A model generated the notes under the pieces. That model worked only from the letters and a program-made list of their open reading frames with translations, had not been told where the DNA came from and searched no databases. DNA of 33,534 nt from IMG/VR virus record IMGVR_UViG_3300005611_000112, positions 1 through 33,534 of that record, one strand, 5' to 3'. How positions within the stretch are numbered: the stretch's first letter is position 1; each line of letters opens with the position of its first letter. Below are positions 1 through 7,404 of the stretch, in pieces. The position numbers were made by a program, and so were the translations under genes. Source of the DNA: a virus (taxonomy: Duplodnaviria > Caudoviricetes).

Positions 1-1
1 A

Positions 2-676
2 ACCTCAAGGCTCTGCCCTCACTGCGAGCGACCACGCAGAGCGCTCAAGCGCATCGAGAGGGCCAAGCTCCCTGCTGTCGCAGGTCAGCACACCCTCGCC
101 TCTTACGAGTGGGATAGCGAGGCTCAGAGGCAGCGCATCGGTGAGGTGCTCGATTGGATCGCCACGCCTCGCCACGCTCACACAGGCGAGCGCCCTGCTC
201 TGCTCATGTATGGCACACCTGGCAACGGCAAGAGCTCCATGCTCCATATCCTCGCCAAACACGCCTGCTTTAAGGGCAAGCGCGCTCTGTTCCTCACCCA
301 TGAGGGTCTGTTCCTCGACATCAAGGCATCATGGAACAAGCCCGGTAAGATCAACCCTGTCGATGCAGAGACTCACTGCCTCAACGACATTGACCTGCTC
401 TGCCTCGATGAGCTCGGTGGTATCGGTGGCTCTGGCGCTCAGTGGACTGATTGGTACAAGGATCAGACAAGAGAGCTCATCGGCTCTATCCATGACAGGT
501 GGAGCGCGGGGGAGCTCGCTGTGGTCACCACCACCAACCTCAACCCAAAGGAGATCCTCGGTGGTCTCCTCGAGGGCAACAGGGCCCTCGCCTCCAGGGT
601 GCGCTCAATGTTCGGCTCACCTGTCAAGATGGTCGGTCGTGATCGCAGACCTCAGCTTGATGATGGATGGGCTTGA
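2..676 (+). CDS. DnaC/IstB-like AAA+ ATPase (helicase loader), 5'-truncated by the window edge
   Basis: Frame is open from position 2 (TSRLCPHCERP..., CxxC). Walker A GTPGNGKS, Walker B LLCLDELG, then TTN and SR motifs typical of DnaC/IstB. Confidence 0.88.
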   Translation, partial: TSRLCPHCERPRRALKRIERAKLPAVAGQHTLASYEWDSEAQRQRIGEVLDWIATPRHAHTGERPALLMYGTPGNGKSSMLHILAKHACFKGKRALFLTHEGLFLDIKASWNKPGKINPVDAETHCLNDIDLLCLDELGGIGGSGAQWTDWYKDQTRELIGSIHDRWSAGELAVVTTTNLNPKEILGGLLEGNRALASRVRSMFGSPVKMVGRDRRPQLDDGWA

Positions 677-701
677 CAAGCGTGAGGTGAGCTTGTAAAC
701 T
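673..701 (+). promoter_or_regulatory. sigma70-type promoter
   Basis: TTGACA (673-678), 17-nt spacer, TAAACT (696-701). Confidence 0.65.
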
Positions 702-705
702 TCAT

Positions 706-778
706 GTTGGAACGCACGACTTTTTATAAGCTCGTTTAAAGAAGCCACCAAGGGTGCAACCTTGGTGGCTTTTTTTTT
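706..778 (+). ncRNA. putative ~70-nt small RNA
   Basis: Lies between the 673-701 promoter and the 742-778 terminator with no convincing coding sequence; its 3' half is antisense to the dCMP deaminase 3' end. Existence is inferred. Confidence 0.4.
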
Positions 779-1245
779 ACCCTGTCTCTCAGCTCGATGA
801 TGGATGGTGCTGAGACAGCCACGCCTCGAGCGCGTAGATACTCGGCACCCTCTGAGCTGTAGGTGATGCCACCGATAATGACCTCTGCAATACCTGCGTG
901 ATGTATGAGGCGAGCGCAGCCGAGACAGGGCGGGGTGGTCACGACAAGCACACAGCCCGCCACGCTCACACCCTTATGCAGAGCGTTCATGAGCGCGTTC
1001 TGCTCAGCGTGGTGACAGCCCACCTCGGTGGAGGTGCCAGAGGCGATGGCGCGCTCTGACCTCGTGCAGACCTCACCACCACACAGCTCACCACAAGCTC
1101 CTCGAGGCGGGCCGTTGTAGCCTGCGCTCAGAGGGTTGTTGCGCTCGTCAACGATGAAGGCTCCCACCTTACCTCGAGGGCAGGGGCTCATCTCAGAGAT
1201 TAGCTCAGCGTGACGCAGCCAATGGATGATCCAGCGCGCTTTCAT
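736..1245 (-). CDS. dCMP deaminase (ComEB/dCMP deaminase family)
   Basis: KVGA, GYNG, HAEQNA and PCxxC zinc-binding motifs. Confidence 0.92.
   Translation of the reverse strand: MKARWIIHWLRHAELISEMSPCPRGKVGAFIVDERNNPLSAGYNGPPRGACGELCGGEVCTRSERAIASGTSTEVGCHHAEQNALMNALHKGVSVAGCVLVVTTPPCLGCARLIHHAGIAEVIIGGITYSSEGAEYLRARGVAVSAPSIIELRDRVKKKPPRLHPWWLL
742..778 (+). terminator. Rho-independent terminator, possibly bidirectional
   Basis: 12-bp stem AAGCCACCAAGG / CCTTGGTGGCTT, GTGCAA loop, followed by a T run; A-rich on the 5' side; sits between convergent genes. Confidence 0.85.
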
Positions 1246-1326
1246 CTAAAACCCCAACGCATGAAAAAACACCTTGATCACGATGAGCCAAAAAATCAGC
1301 AGGGCCAGAGGGTTTTGATTATCCAA
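1246..1326 (-). CDS. putative 26-aa membrane peptide MDNQNPLALLIFWLIVIKVFFHALGF
   Basis: TTG start preceded by GGAGGT, overlaps the thyX stop; its TAG directly abuts the deaminase ATG; single hydrophobic segment. Confidence 0.5.
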   Translation of the reverse strand: MDNQNPLALLIFWLIVIKVFFHALGF

Positions 1327-1987
1327 GGCACACCTCCAACACGCGATCCATGCCCTCGATGCTCTCGACAAGCTCGCTGACTGCTTGGGCATATTCTCTG
1401 ATTTCAAGCTGAGCGTGTTCATCGAGGCGCAGCTTGAGGAAGTGAATGAGCGCGTGGAGTGAACAAGACCAATAACACTCACTCATCACGCTCACCGGCA
1501 GGATGGCGCGAGCCTGCTCTTTGCACACACCCATTTGCAAGAGGAGCTCATAGGCGGTCGCGACTGTGTTGAGCGCGTCAGCGTAGATGTGATGAACGCC
1601 AAGCTGCACCTCGCGGGGAAGCTCTCCACCTGAGCCCTGCTTGACGCTCTCGCTCGCCTCACGCCACGCTCTAGGCTTCCAATAGTCTTGACCAAGCTCA
1701 ACGTAACGCCCGCTGATCTCGTTCCAACTGCATCCCACCTGGTGCTTCATCCATTGGCGCAGCACAAAGATGGGAGCCTTGATGTGGAACTGAAGCTGAA
1801 CATGGCGAAAGGGTGAGGTGTGGTGGTGATCCCACAGGTACTTGACGAGCGCCCAATCTCGCTCCTCCATCTTCTCAGCTCGCTTACCCATCGAGACTCG
1901 CGCAGCGTTGACTACGCTCAAGGGTGAGCCCATCACGTCAACGAGCGCGACAGAGCCAGAGCCAACTTTTATTTGATTGGTTGTCAT
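1319..1987 (-). CDS. thyX: FAD-dependent thymidylate synthase ThyX
   Basis: VVNAARVS, HTSPF, APIFVLRQWMKHQ..SWNEISGRY, EQARAILP, FLKLRLDEHAQLEIR motifs. Confidence 0.95.
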   Translation of the reverse strand: MTTNQIKVGSGSVALVDVMGSPLSVVNAARVSMGKRAEKMEERDWALVKYLWDHHHTSPFRHVQLQFHIKAPIFVLRQWMKHQVGCSWNEISGRYVELGQDYWKPRAWREASESVKQGSGGELPREVQLGVHHIYADALNTVATAYELLLQMGVCKEQARAILPVSVMSECYWSCSLHALIHFLKLRLDEHAQLEIREYAQAVSELVESIEGMDRVLEVCLG

Positions 1988-1999
1988 AGGTTTAGACCT

Positions 2000-2076
2000 T
2001 TGCGGTGTTATGTCTGTGTGTGCATGGGCGAGCGCTGAGGATGACCCTTGGCGCTCGCCTTCTCTTTAACACGCAA
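2000..2076. promoter_or_regulatory. divergent control region with nested inverted repeats
   Basis: Stem GGCGAGCGC (2027-2035) / GCGCTCGCC (2051-2059) followed by TTCTCTTT, flanked by TTGCGGTGTTA (2000-2010) / TAACACGCAA (2067-2076). Confidence 0.55.
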
Positions 2077-2089
2077 CATGGAGCAAGCT

Positions 2090-2515
2090 ATGGACAATCT
2101 GAATAATGCCTTTGATGGACATACCATTGATAGAGAGTATGTATTCTTAGCGATGGAGTATGTGCGACAGAATAAGCTAAATCAAGCTAAGCAGCTTTTC
2201 ATGCTTGCTGACTTCCAATGGGAGCTGATCGTACAGATTGTCTCGTGTGAGAGCAATATGCATGTGTTGTCTACAATCTCTAAACAAACAAAATCTGAAG
2301 AGATTAAGAAGAAAGCGGCCTCCTATATGAAGCTCTTTGAAAAGGCGCACATGCTTCTTCACAGTCCTTCGCTTGATCGCCCAATGGTTTTTTCAGAGAA
2401 GGAAGCAGAAGGCATATATCGATTGATTGAGAATATCAAAACGTTTGTTTTTAAAGGTATAGACGTAAAGCAGGTAGTTGATTTTATGTTCGAAAATATT
2501 ACGGAGCAAGCATGA
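2090..2515 (+). CDS. hypothetical alpha-helical protein, AT-rich
   Basis: GGAG at 2080-2083 precedes ATG 2090; ATGA overlap with ssb. No recognised motif. Confidence 0.7.
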   Translation: MDNLNNAFDGHTIDREYVFLAMEYVRQNKLNQAKQLFMLADFQWELIVQIVSCESNMHVLSTISKQTKSEEIKKKAASYMKLFEKAHMLLHSPSLDRPMVFSEKEAEGIYRLIENIKTFVFKGIDVKQVVDFMFENITEQA

Positions 2516-2877
2516 ATCGCATCATTTTAATCGGCACCACAGGCAGAGACCCAGAGGCGCGGGGCGCTCAAAATAATATCATCAACTGCTCGCTCGCTGT
2601 GGATAGCTTCTCCAAAGGTGAGAAGGGCGTTGATTGGTTCAACCTCGTGCTCTTTGGTGCCACAGGTGAGAGCTTTATGAAGGCTGTGACCAAAGGCAAG
2701 CACATCGCTATCGAGGGTAAGATCAAGACTCGCACTTGGGAAAAGGATGGGCGCAAGATGCAAGACATTGATGTGGTGGTTGACAGCTGGCGCTTTGTCG
2801 GTGCAAAGGTACCTGACAACAGCACACCAATCAGCGGGCCATCCTCTTGGGGCGGTGGAGACAGCTCATGGCCTTGA
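2512..2877 (+). CDS. ssb: single-stranded DNA-binding protein
   Basis: MNRIILIG..GRDPE, DWFNLVLFG, KGKHIAIEGKIKTRTWEKDG: OB-fold SSB signature. Confidence 0.93.
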   Translation: MNRIILIGTTGRDPEARGAQNNIINCSLAVDSFSKGEKGVDWFNLVLFGATGESFMKAVTKGKHIAIEGKIKTRTWEKDGRKMQDIDVVVDSWRFVGAKVPDNSTPISGPSSWGGGDSSWP

Positions 2878-3008
2878 GCGATCAGCTCCCCAAAGAGACT
2901 TGGGTCATCATTGATAGTGATGATGATTGGGAGGTGCTAGACAACCTCATTGATGGAGCAGATGACGATGAATATGATGACGACAGCTCAGACGAGCAAG
3001 ACGACTGA
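2868..3008 (+). CDS. 46-aa hyperacidic protein (not in ORF track)
   Basis: MALSDQLPKETWVIIDSDDDWEVLDNLIDGADDDEYDDDSSDEQDD; GGAG 7 nt before the ATG; fills the gap between ssb and the sigma gene. Confidence 0.6.
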   Translation: MALSDQLPKETWVIIDSDDDWEVLDNLIDGADDDEYDDDSSDEQDD

Positions 3009-3012
3009 GGAC

Positions 3013-3507
3013 ATGATCGCGAGAGCTTGCTATGCTAAGCGAGGTATGATCTCAAACATTGCACGCAGGTATGGCTTGAATGAAGATGCAGCAGATGACC
3101 TCATTCAAGAGGTCGTGATCTACATCATCTCCTATCATCGTCAATATGAGCTTGATCTATCTGCTCCTAACAAGTTCTACAGCTTGGTGCGTGGCTCAGC
3201 TATCCAGCGAGCGCTCAATGTTTGCAGAGGCAGACGAGTGCGATGCAACTATGAGTTTGAGATTGTTGAAGGTCTTGATGCTGTCTGCCCTGACGAGCTC
3301 CCTGATCAAGTGGTTGAGGCAGAAGATAGACTTGAGCGCGCTTTTAAAGCTGCAGGTGATGCTTGGCACTCACGACATATCAAGATGCTGTTAGACGGTC
3401 ACAACTCTTGGCAGATTGGCAATATCTGCGGTCTTAGCACAAACACGTCATCCAGCAGGACTAAACGGATTAGGGTTAGATTAGAGAAAGAGTTTAAGGA
3501 TGACTAA
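3013..3507 (+). CDS. ECF-like sigma-70 family factor
   Basis: Region 2-like ADDLIQEV...FYSLVRGSAIQRALN and region 4-like HTH GHNSWQIGNICGLSTNTSSSRTKRIR. ATG 3013 (after GAGGA) preferred to the TTG at 2950. Confidence 0.75.
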   Translation: MIARACYAKRGMISNIARRYGLNEDAADDLIQEVVIYIISYHRQYELDLSAPNKFYSLVRGSAIQRALNVCRGRRVRCNYEFEIVEGLDAVCPDELPDQVVEAEDRLERAFKAAGDAWHSRHIKMLLDGHNSWQIGNICGLSTNTSSSRTKRIRVRLEKEFKDD

Positions 3508-3982
3508 AAGCGACCTCAAAGGCTTAGCTGCGCGTGAGGCGGGAGATGCCTCAAATGTCACAAGCGCGCGCGCGACCCAAGGCCCTCATGCACCTCGCAA
3601 CGCTGAGAAGCTCGACAAGGTTTATCACCTGCTCAGCGAGGGTCAAAGCGTAGAGGCTGCGTGTGTTGGAGCCAACGTCTGTAGGCGTACATTCTACAGA
3701 TGGCTGAGTGACCATGAGGATATCAGAGACTTGGTGGAAGATGCCAAGGTGGCGGGTGAGGGTAAGATACTCGCTGAGATGAGAAGGCATATTGATGCCA
3801 AGCAAGATTGGAAGGGCTTGGCGTGGATCCTTGAGCGCAGATGGCCTGAGCGCTACAGCGCCAAGCGAGAGATCGAGGTCAGCACCAAGAAGGCTGATGG
3901 CATCCCTGAAGTCTTGGCGATGCTCGAGCAGACGCAGGGCATGATTGACGTTGAGCCTGATGAGGAGGAGGGCGATGAGTGA
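3500..3982 (+). CDS. probable terminase small subunit
   Basis: HTH (GQSVEAAC...RRTFYRWL) and DWKGLAWILERRWPERY motif; upstream of the large terminase. Confidence 0.75.
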   Translation: MTKSDLKGLAAREAGDASNVTSARATQGPHAPRNAEKLDKVYHLLSEGQSVEAACVGANVCRRTFYRWLSDHEDIRDLVEDAKVAGEGKILAEMRRHIDAKQDWKGLAWILERRWPERYSAKREIEVSTKKADGIPEVLAMLEQTQGMIDVEPDEEEGDE

Positions 3983-4310
3983 ACAGCTCGTCAGCTTCCC
4001 TGCTCACCTGCTCGCTCATGGCATGATCTTTGTGGCCGAGCTGCGCGAGGGTCATGGGCGCGAGGTGTGGACTGTGCTTGACTTCGACAACAGGCGCAGG
4101 GCTGTGAGGATGCCCATGTGGTCTGTCGATATGGAGGGTGAGATGTTTGCCACGCTCCCCACCGAGGGAGAGGTCACGCTCATCGCCACCTTCGCCACCA
4201 TCACAGAGCTCGCCTATGAGGTGGGAGCTCATCCCATAACACCCTGGCGGGAGATCGTCACACGCTACTTAAAAGCGAAAGCCCACCAAGCCGACACCCA
4301 AGCGACTTGA
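3975..4310 (+). CDS. hypothetical protein
   Basis: GGAGG-rich RBS before ATG 3975; overlaps the previous stop. Confidence 0.65.
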   Translation: MSEQLVSFPAHLLAHGMIFVAELREGHGREVWTVLDFDNRRRAVRMPMWSVDMEGEMFATLPTEGEVTLIATFATITELAYEVGAHPITPWREIVTRYLKAKAHQADTQAT

Positions 4311-4338
4311 TGGGCTTAACACCACAACGGAGACACCT

Positions 4339-5262
4339 ATGACACAAGAAGCTCTGCAGATCAAGCGTCATTCAATCATGCCTCGATGGGATAAGAGCCA
4401 GATGGAAGCGGGCGCGGTGAGGATCCACGCTCGCTTTCAAGCGCTCATCACCTCGGTTATCGAGAGCGCTGATTGGGCTAACTATCGGCTGACCAAAGAC
4501 CCGCTTGAGGTGGGCAGACCTGCGTGGCCCTCACCTGGCAAGTTCTGCGATCTAGTCATAGCAAGGCGCAGCGGTCACGTTGAGGGCGCGCTCGAGATCA
4601 AGACCCGCTCTGATGCTGTGGGGGTCAGCCCTATCGACAAGATGCACAGCACCCTCGACATGATGGGCACTGATCTCTACGAGCTTCAACGCGCAGCTCA
4701 TCAAGCTGATGCTCTGTGGGTGGTGGCGCTCGGCATCTATCGTGTGCCCTTCCAAGCGATGGCGATCTCTTGGGATGCAGATTGGTCTGACATCGTGCTC
4801 GCGTGGGGGCGTGACGTGGGGCGCGACTCGCCTATGAGCATGATGAGGTGGAGCTCCTTTGCTTCACTCGACAATGCGATGTGTTATCACAAAGACCTCA
4901 AGAGCTTCTTCAGCGTGGCAAGCCTTCCTCGCAAGCTCCCCAACATCAGCTTCAACCCACCTGCTCCAGAGCCTCAGCAAGAGGTCAGTGCTGATGAGCT
5001 CCGCCAAGCTATCGATGAGAGCAACCTTGCCCCAAGCGCCAAGCTCGCCATCAAGGTGATCAGCGAGTGGGGTGATCATGTCGCGCCTGTTAAGACACGC
5101 TGCAGAGAGTACGTCACCGAGGAGATCAGCGAGAGCGCGCTCCAGCATCAGATCATCAGCTTGGTGGAGGCGGGCGTGTGCTTAGGCTATAAGAAGGGCT
5201 CACGCAGGCATAGGCTCCACCTCAACAGTAGGGCGCTGATGGATATGCTCAAGGAGGACTGA
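4339..5262 (+). CDS. hypothetical protein with PD-(D/E)XK-like motif and possible C-terminal winged helix
   Basis: CDLVI...ALEIKTR; Pro-rich linker; SESALQHQIISLVEAGV..GY C-terminal pattern; GGAG RBS; TGATG coupling to the terminase. Confidence 0.6.
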   Translation: MTQEALQIKRHSIMPRWDKSQMEAGAVRIHARFQALITSVIESADWANYRLTKDPLEVGRPAWPSPGKFCDLVIARRSGHVEGALEIKTRSDAVGVSPIDKMHSTLDMMGTDLYELQRAAHQADALWVVALGIYRVPFQAMAISWDADWSDIVLAWGRDVGRDSPMSMMRWSSFASLDNAMCYHKDLKSFFSVASLPRKLPNISFNPPAPEPQQEVSADELRQAIDESNLAPSAKLAIKVISEWGDHVAPVKTRCREYVTEEISESALQHQIISLVEAGVCLGYKKGSRRHRLHLNSRALMDMLKED

Positions 5263-6647
5263 TGAGCGATGAGAAGGAGAGACCATTCATTCTCAACGAG
5301 TTGCAGCGTGAGGTCATCGCGGGCATAAGGCGCAAAGATAAGGTCATCGCTGCGCGCTGTGGTTGGGGTAGTGGCAAGACCTCCTCGTTGATCTTCGGCA
5401 TGTGGTTTTTGGCCAAAACTCGACCTGGCACCACCTCCTTGTTGATCACCGACACAACGCCACGTTACAACTCGGTGCTCATGCCTGAGATTGAAAAGTG
5501 GCTTGCGCCTCGAGGGTGGGTCTATAACCACACGCTCCACAAGTGGACTGACACCCACACAGGCTCAGCGGTGCTCTGTCGCTCATACTTCCGCCCGGGT
5601 ACACGCGATGCTTCACACAATCCTCTCGAGGGCATCAACGTGACAAGTGGCGTGGCGCTCGTTGACGAGTGTCAGACGCTAGGGCCAGAGGTAGCGCATA
5701 AGGCGCTCGGTCGTCTGCGCTCAGGGCCCTCGCCCACCTTGATCTTGGTTGGGCTGCCTGTCGCTGATGCTTGGTGGTGTCGCATGGCTGAGGAGGCTCA
5801 GTGTCACCCTCTGCTCTTTAGCTCATACGTCAATGAGGACAACCTCAGCGAGGCTTGGTTTGAAGCGACCAACCTGCTCCCTGATGATGAGCGCGAGGCG
5901 ATGGTGATGAACAAGCCCAAGCCACCAAGCGGGCTCGTTTATCAAGAGTTTGATGTTGAGCGCCACGTCATCAGTGACTTCAAGTATCGCCCTGAGATGA
6001 CAGGGCGCATCACAATAGATTGGGGCTTCCGTAAGCCCTCGGTGATGATCATCGTCTATGATGAGGAGCGCGAGGCGAGCATCATAGTCTATGAGCTCAA
6101 CCCTCAAGAGGTGACCATCGCGCAGCTCTCTGAGATGATCCTGCGCGTGGCATGGCCTCGAGCTCATAAGGACTCAGCGCCAGGTGCTCGAATATGGATA
6201 GACACAGGCGTGGCTGACAAGGCGGGCAAGGCGCGCTCAGACCAAACAGGGCGCTCAGCGTTCCGAGAGATCGCCAAGCCTATCGGTAGTGGTGGCATTG
6301 GTCTGCCTCTGCGCTTCACGACTGACCCTGTGCGCACCGACATTCTCAATGGTGTGCAGCGCCTCAAGCGCGCCTTTGCTCGCAATCGCTACCTCATCAC
6401 CGAGGAGGTCTGGCGCAAGGGTGAGCGCGCCACAGGCAACTCCATCCGCAAAGCTCTGCTCAGCTATGGGTGGGATAACAAAGAGCAACCCAAGAAGGAT
6501 GGGCGAGAGGATCCTCTTGATGCTCTGCGCTATGACTGCATCTTCCATTATTGGGCTGATGAGGTGAACAAGGAGGGATATACTCCAAGAGCGAGACCCA
6601 ATCGCAACAGGCGAGCGGGCATCTCGACCAACCCAAGGAGCTTCTGA
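5262..6647 (+). CDS. terL: terminase large subunit
   Basis: Walker A CGWGSGKT, Walker B ALVDE, nuclease-domain IDWG and DPLDALRY. Confidence 0.93.
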   Translation: MSDEKERPFILNELQREVIAGIRRKDKVIAARCGWGSGKTSSLIFGMWFLAKTRPGTTSLLITDTTPRYNSVLMPEIEKWLAPRGWVYNHTLHKWTDTHTGSAVLCRSYFRPGTRDASHNPLEGINVTSGVALVDECQTLGPEVAHKALGRLRSGPSPTLILVGLPVADAWWCRMAEEAQCHPLLFSSYVNEDNLSEAWFEATNLLPDDEREAMVMNKPKPPSGLVYQEFDVERHVISDFKYRPEMTGRITIDWGFRKPSVMIIVYDEEREASIIVYELNPQEVTIAQLSEMILRVAWPRAHKDSAPGARIWIDTGVADKAGKARSDQTGRSAFREIAKPIGSGGIGLPLRFTTDPVRTDILNGVQRLKRAFARNRYLITEEVWRKGERATGNSIRKALLSYGWDNKEQPKKDGREDPLDALRYDCIFHYWADEVNKEGYTPRARPNRNRRAGISTNPRSF

Positions 6648-6874
6648 TGGCAGACCCAACAGCTATCCCACCAACCCTCATAGAGAAGGCGCTCGACCCT
6701 AACAACCTTGTGGCAGTGGTCACCATTGGCGCGCTGTGGCTCGCTTACAAGTGGGGCTCTCGTAGATTCGACCTCGAGGTTGAGGAGCAGCGCGACATTA
6801 TCAAACGCATCGATGAGCTAGAGAGGCGCATCGACAAGCTAGAGGCAAAGATCGAGGTCTTACATGAGCATTAA
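6647..6874 (+). CDS. small membrane protein with C-terminal coiled coil (holin/antiholin-like topology)
   Basis: One hydrophobic helix LVAVVTIGALWLAY followed by heptads IDELERRIDKLEAKIEVL. Confidence 0.6.
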   Translation: MADPTAIPPTLIEKALDPNNLVAVVTIGALWLAYKWGSRRFDLEVEEQRDIIKRIDELERRIDKLEAKIEVLHEH

Positions 6875-7157
6875 ACAACCCGCAGCCTATCCTTGCCTTG
6901 ATCGCATCGACCACAGTGTTGATGAGCCTCATGAGCCACGCGAGGCAGTTGACCATCCCAACCATTATCACCCTGGCTCTGGCGTTGAGGTGATTGATGC
7001 GATTGAGGCGTGGGCGCTCGGCTTCAACCTCGGCAACGTGGTTAAGTATGTGGCGAGGGCTGACCACAAGGGCAAGCGCTCTGAGGACTTGCAAAAAGCA
7101 CTGTGGTATCTGATGCGCGAGATATCTGCACACAACAATGGCGATGACGCGTGTTAA
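6864..7157 (+). CDS. DUF3310 family protein (T7 gp1.7/SaV-like)
   Basis: VDHPNHY, EVIDAIE, GFNLGNVVKYVARADHKG, EDLQKALWY. Confidence 0.88.
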   Translation: MSIKQPAAYPCLDRIDHSVDEPHEPREAVDHPNHYHPGSGVEVIDAIEAWALGFNLGNVVKYVARADHKGKRSEDLQKALWYLMREISAHNNGDDAC

Positions 7158-7404
7158 TAGTATGCCCCGCGCTGACTCTGTCCTTTGTGAGTTGTCGGTC
7201 GGTCTCAGCGCGGGGTGTCTCTCTTGGTGCCAGCGCTGTCGATCAATCGTGAGCTCATCAGAGCCTCACTACTTCAGAGCCACCAAGACGCTCTGCGTGG
7301 AATATGATGGCCCTGTTGATAGTAGCTCCTTGATCGCACAGGGAGCTTGGCCTGATACTATGCTTGACAATGCTCAAGAATATGCTGACACTAAGCCTGA
7401 TTGA
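7138..7404 (+). CDS. hypothetical Cys-rich protein; start uncertain (7138 or 7162)
   Basis: Fills the gap before the portal on the coding strand; contains WCQRC. Confidence 0.45.
   Translation: MAMTRVNSMPRADSVLCELSVGLSAGCLSWCQRCRSIVSSSEPHYFRATKTLCVEYDGPVDSSSLIAQGAWPDTMLDNAQEYADTKPD
7364..7392 (+). promoter_or_regulatory. possible promoter for the head operon
   Basis: TTGACA, 17 nt, GACACT (weak -10), about 65 nt upstream of the portal start. Confidence 0.3.

Noticed and set aside
141-698. 185-aa alternative-frame ORF (and 5-301 on the minus strand)
   Set aside because: Shadows of the DnaC-like gene; Ser-rich with no motifs.
704-739. 11-aa mini-ORF MLERTTFYKLV
   Set aside because: ATG is only 2 nt past the -10 element and the nearest SD-like GAGGTGA is 13 nt away; not supported, though not excluded on a read-through transcript.
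706-741. CRISPR array
   Set aside because: Only one repeat-like unit; no spacers or cas genes in the window.
1700-1760. ThyX motif reads KHQ instead of RHR
   Set aside because: The catalytic S-x-R-Y is intact and this variant is familiar among phage ThyX proteins; not evidence of inactivation.
2950-3012. Met/Thr-rich N-terminal extension of the sigma ORF
   Set aside because: Best explained as the off-frame reading of the GAT/GAC-rich acidic ORF at 2868-3008.
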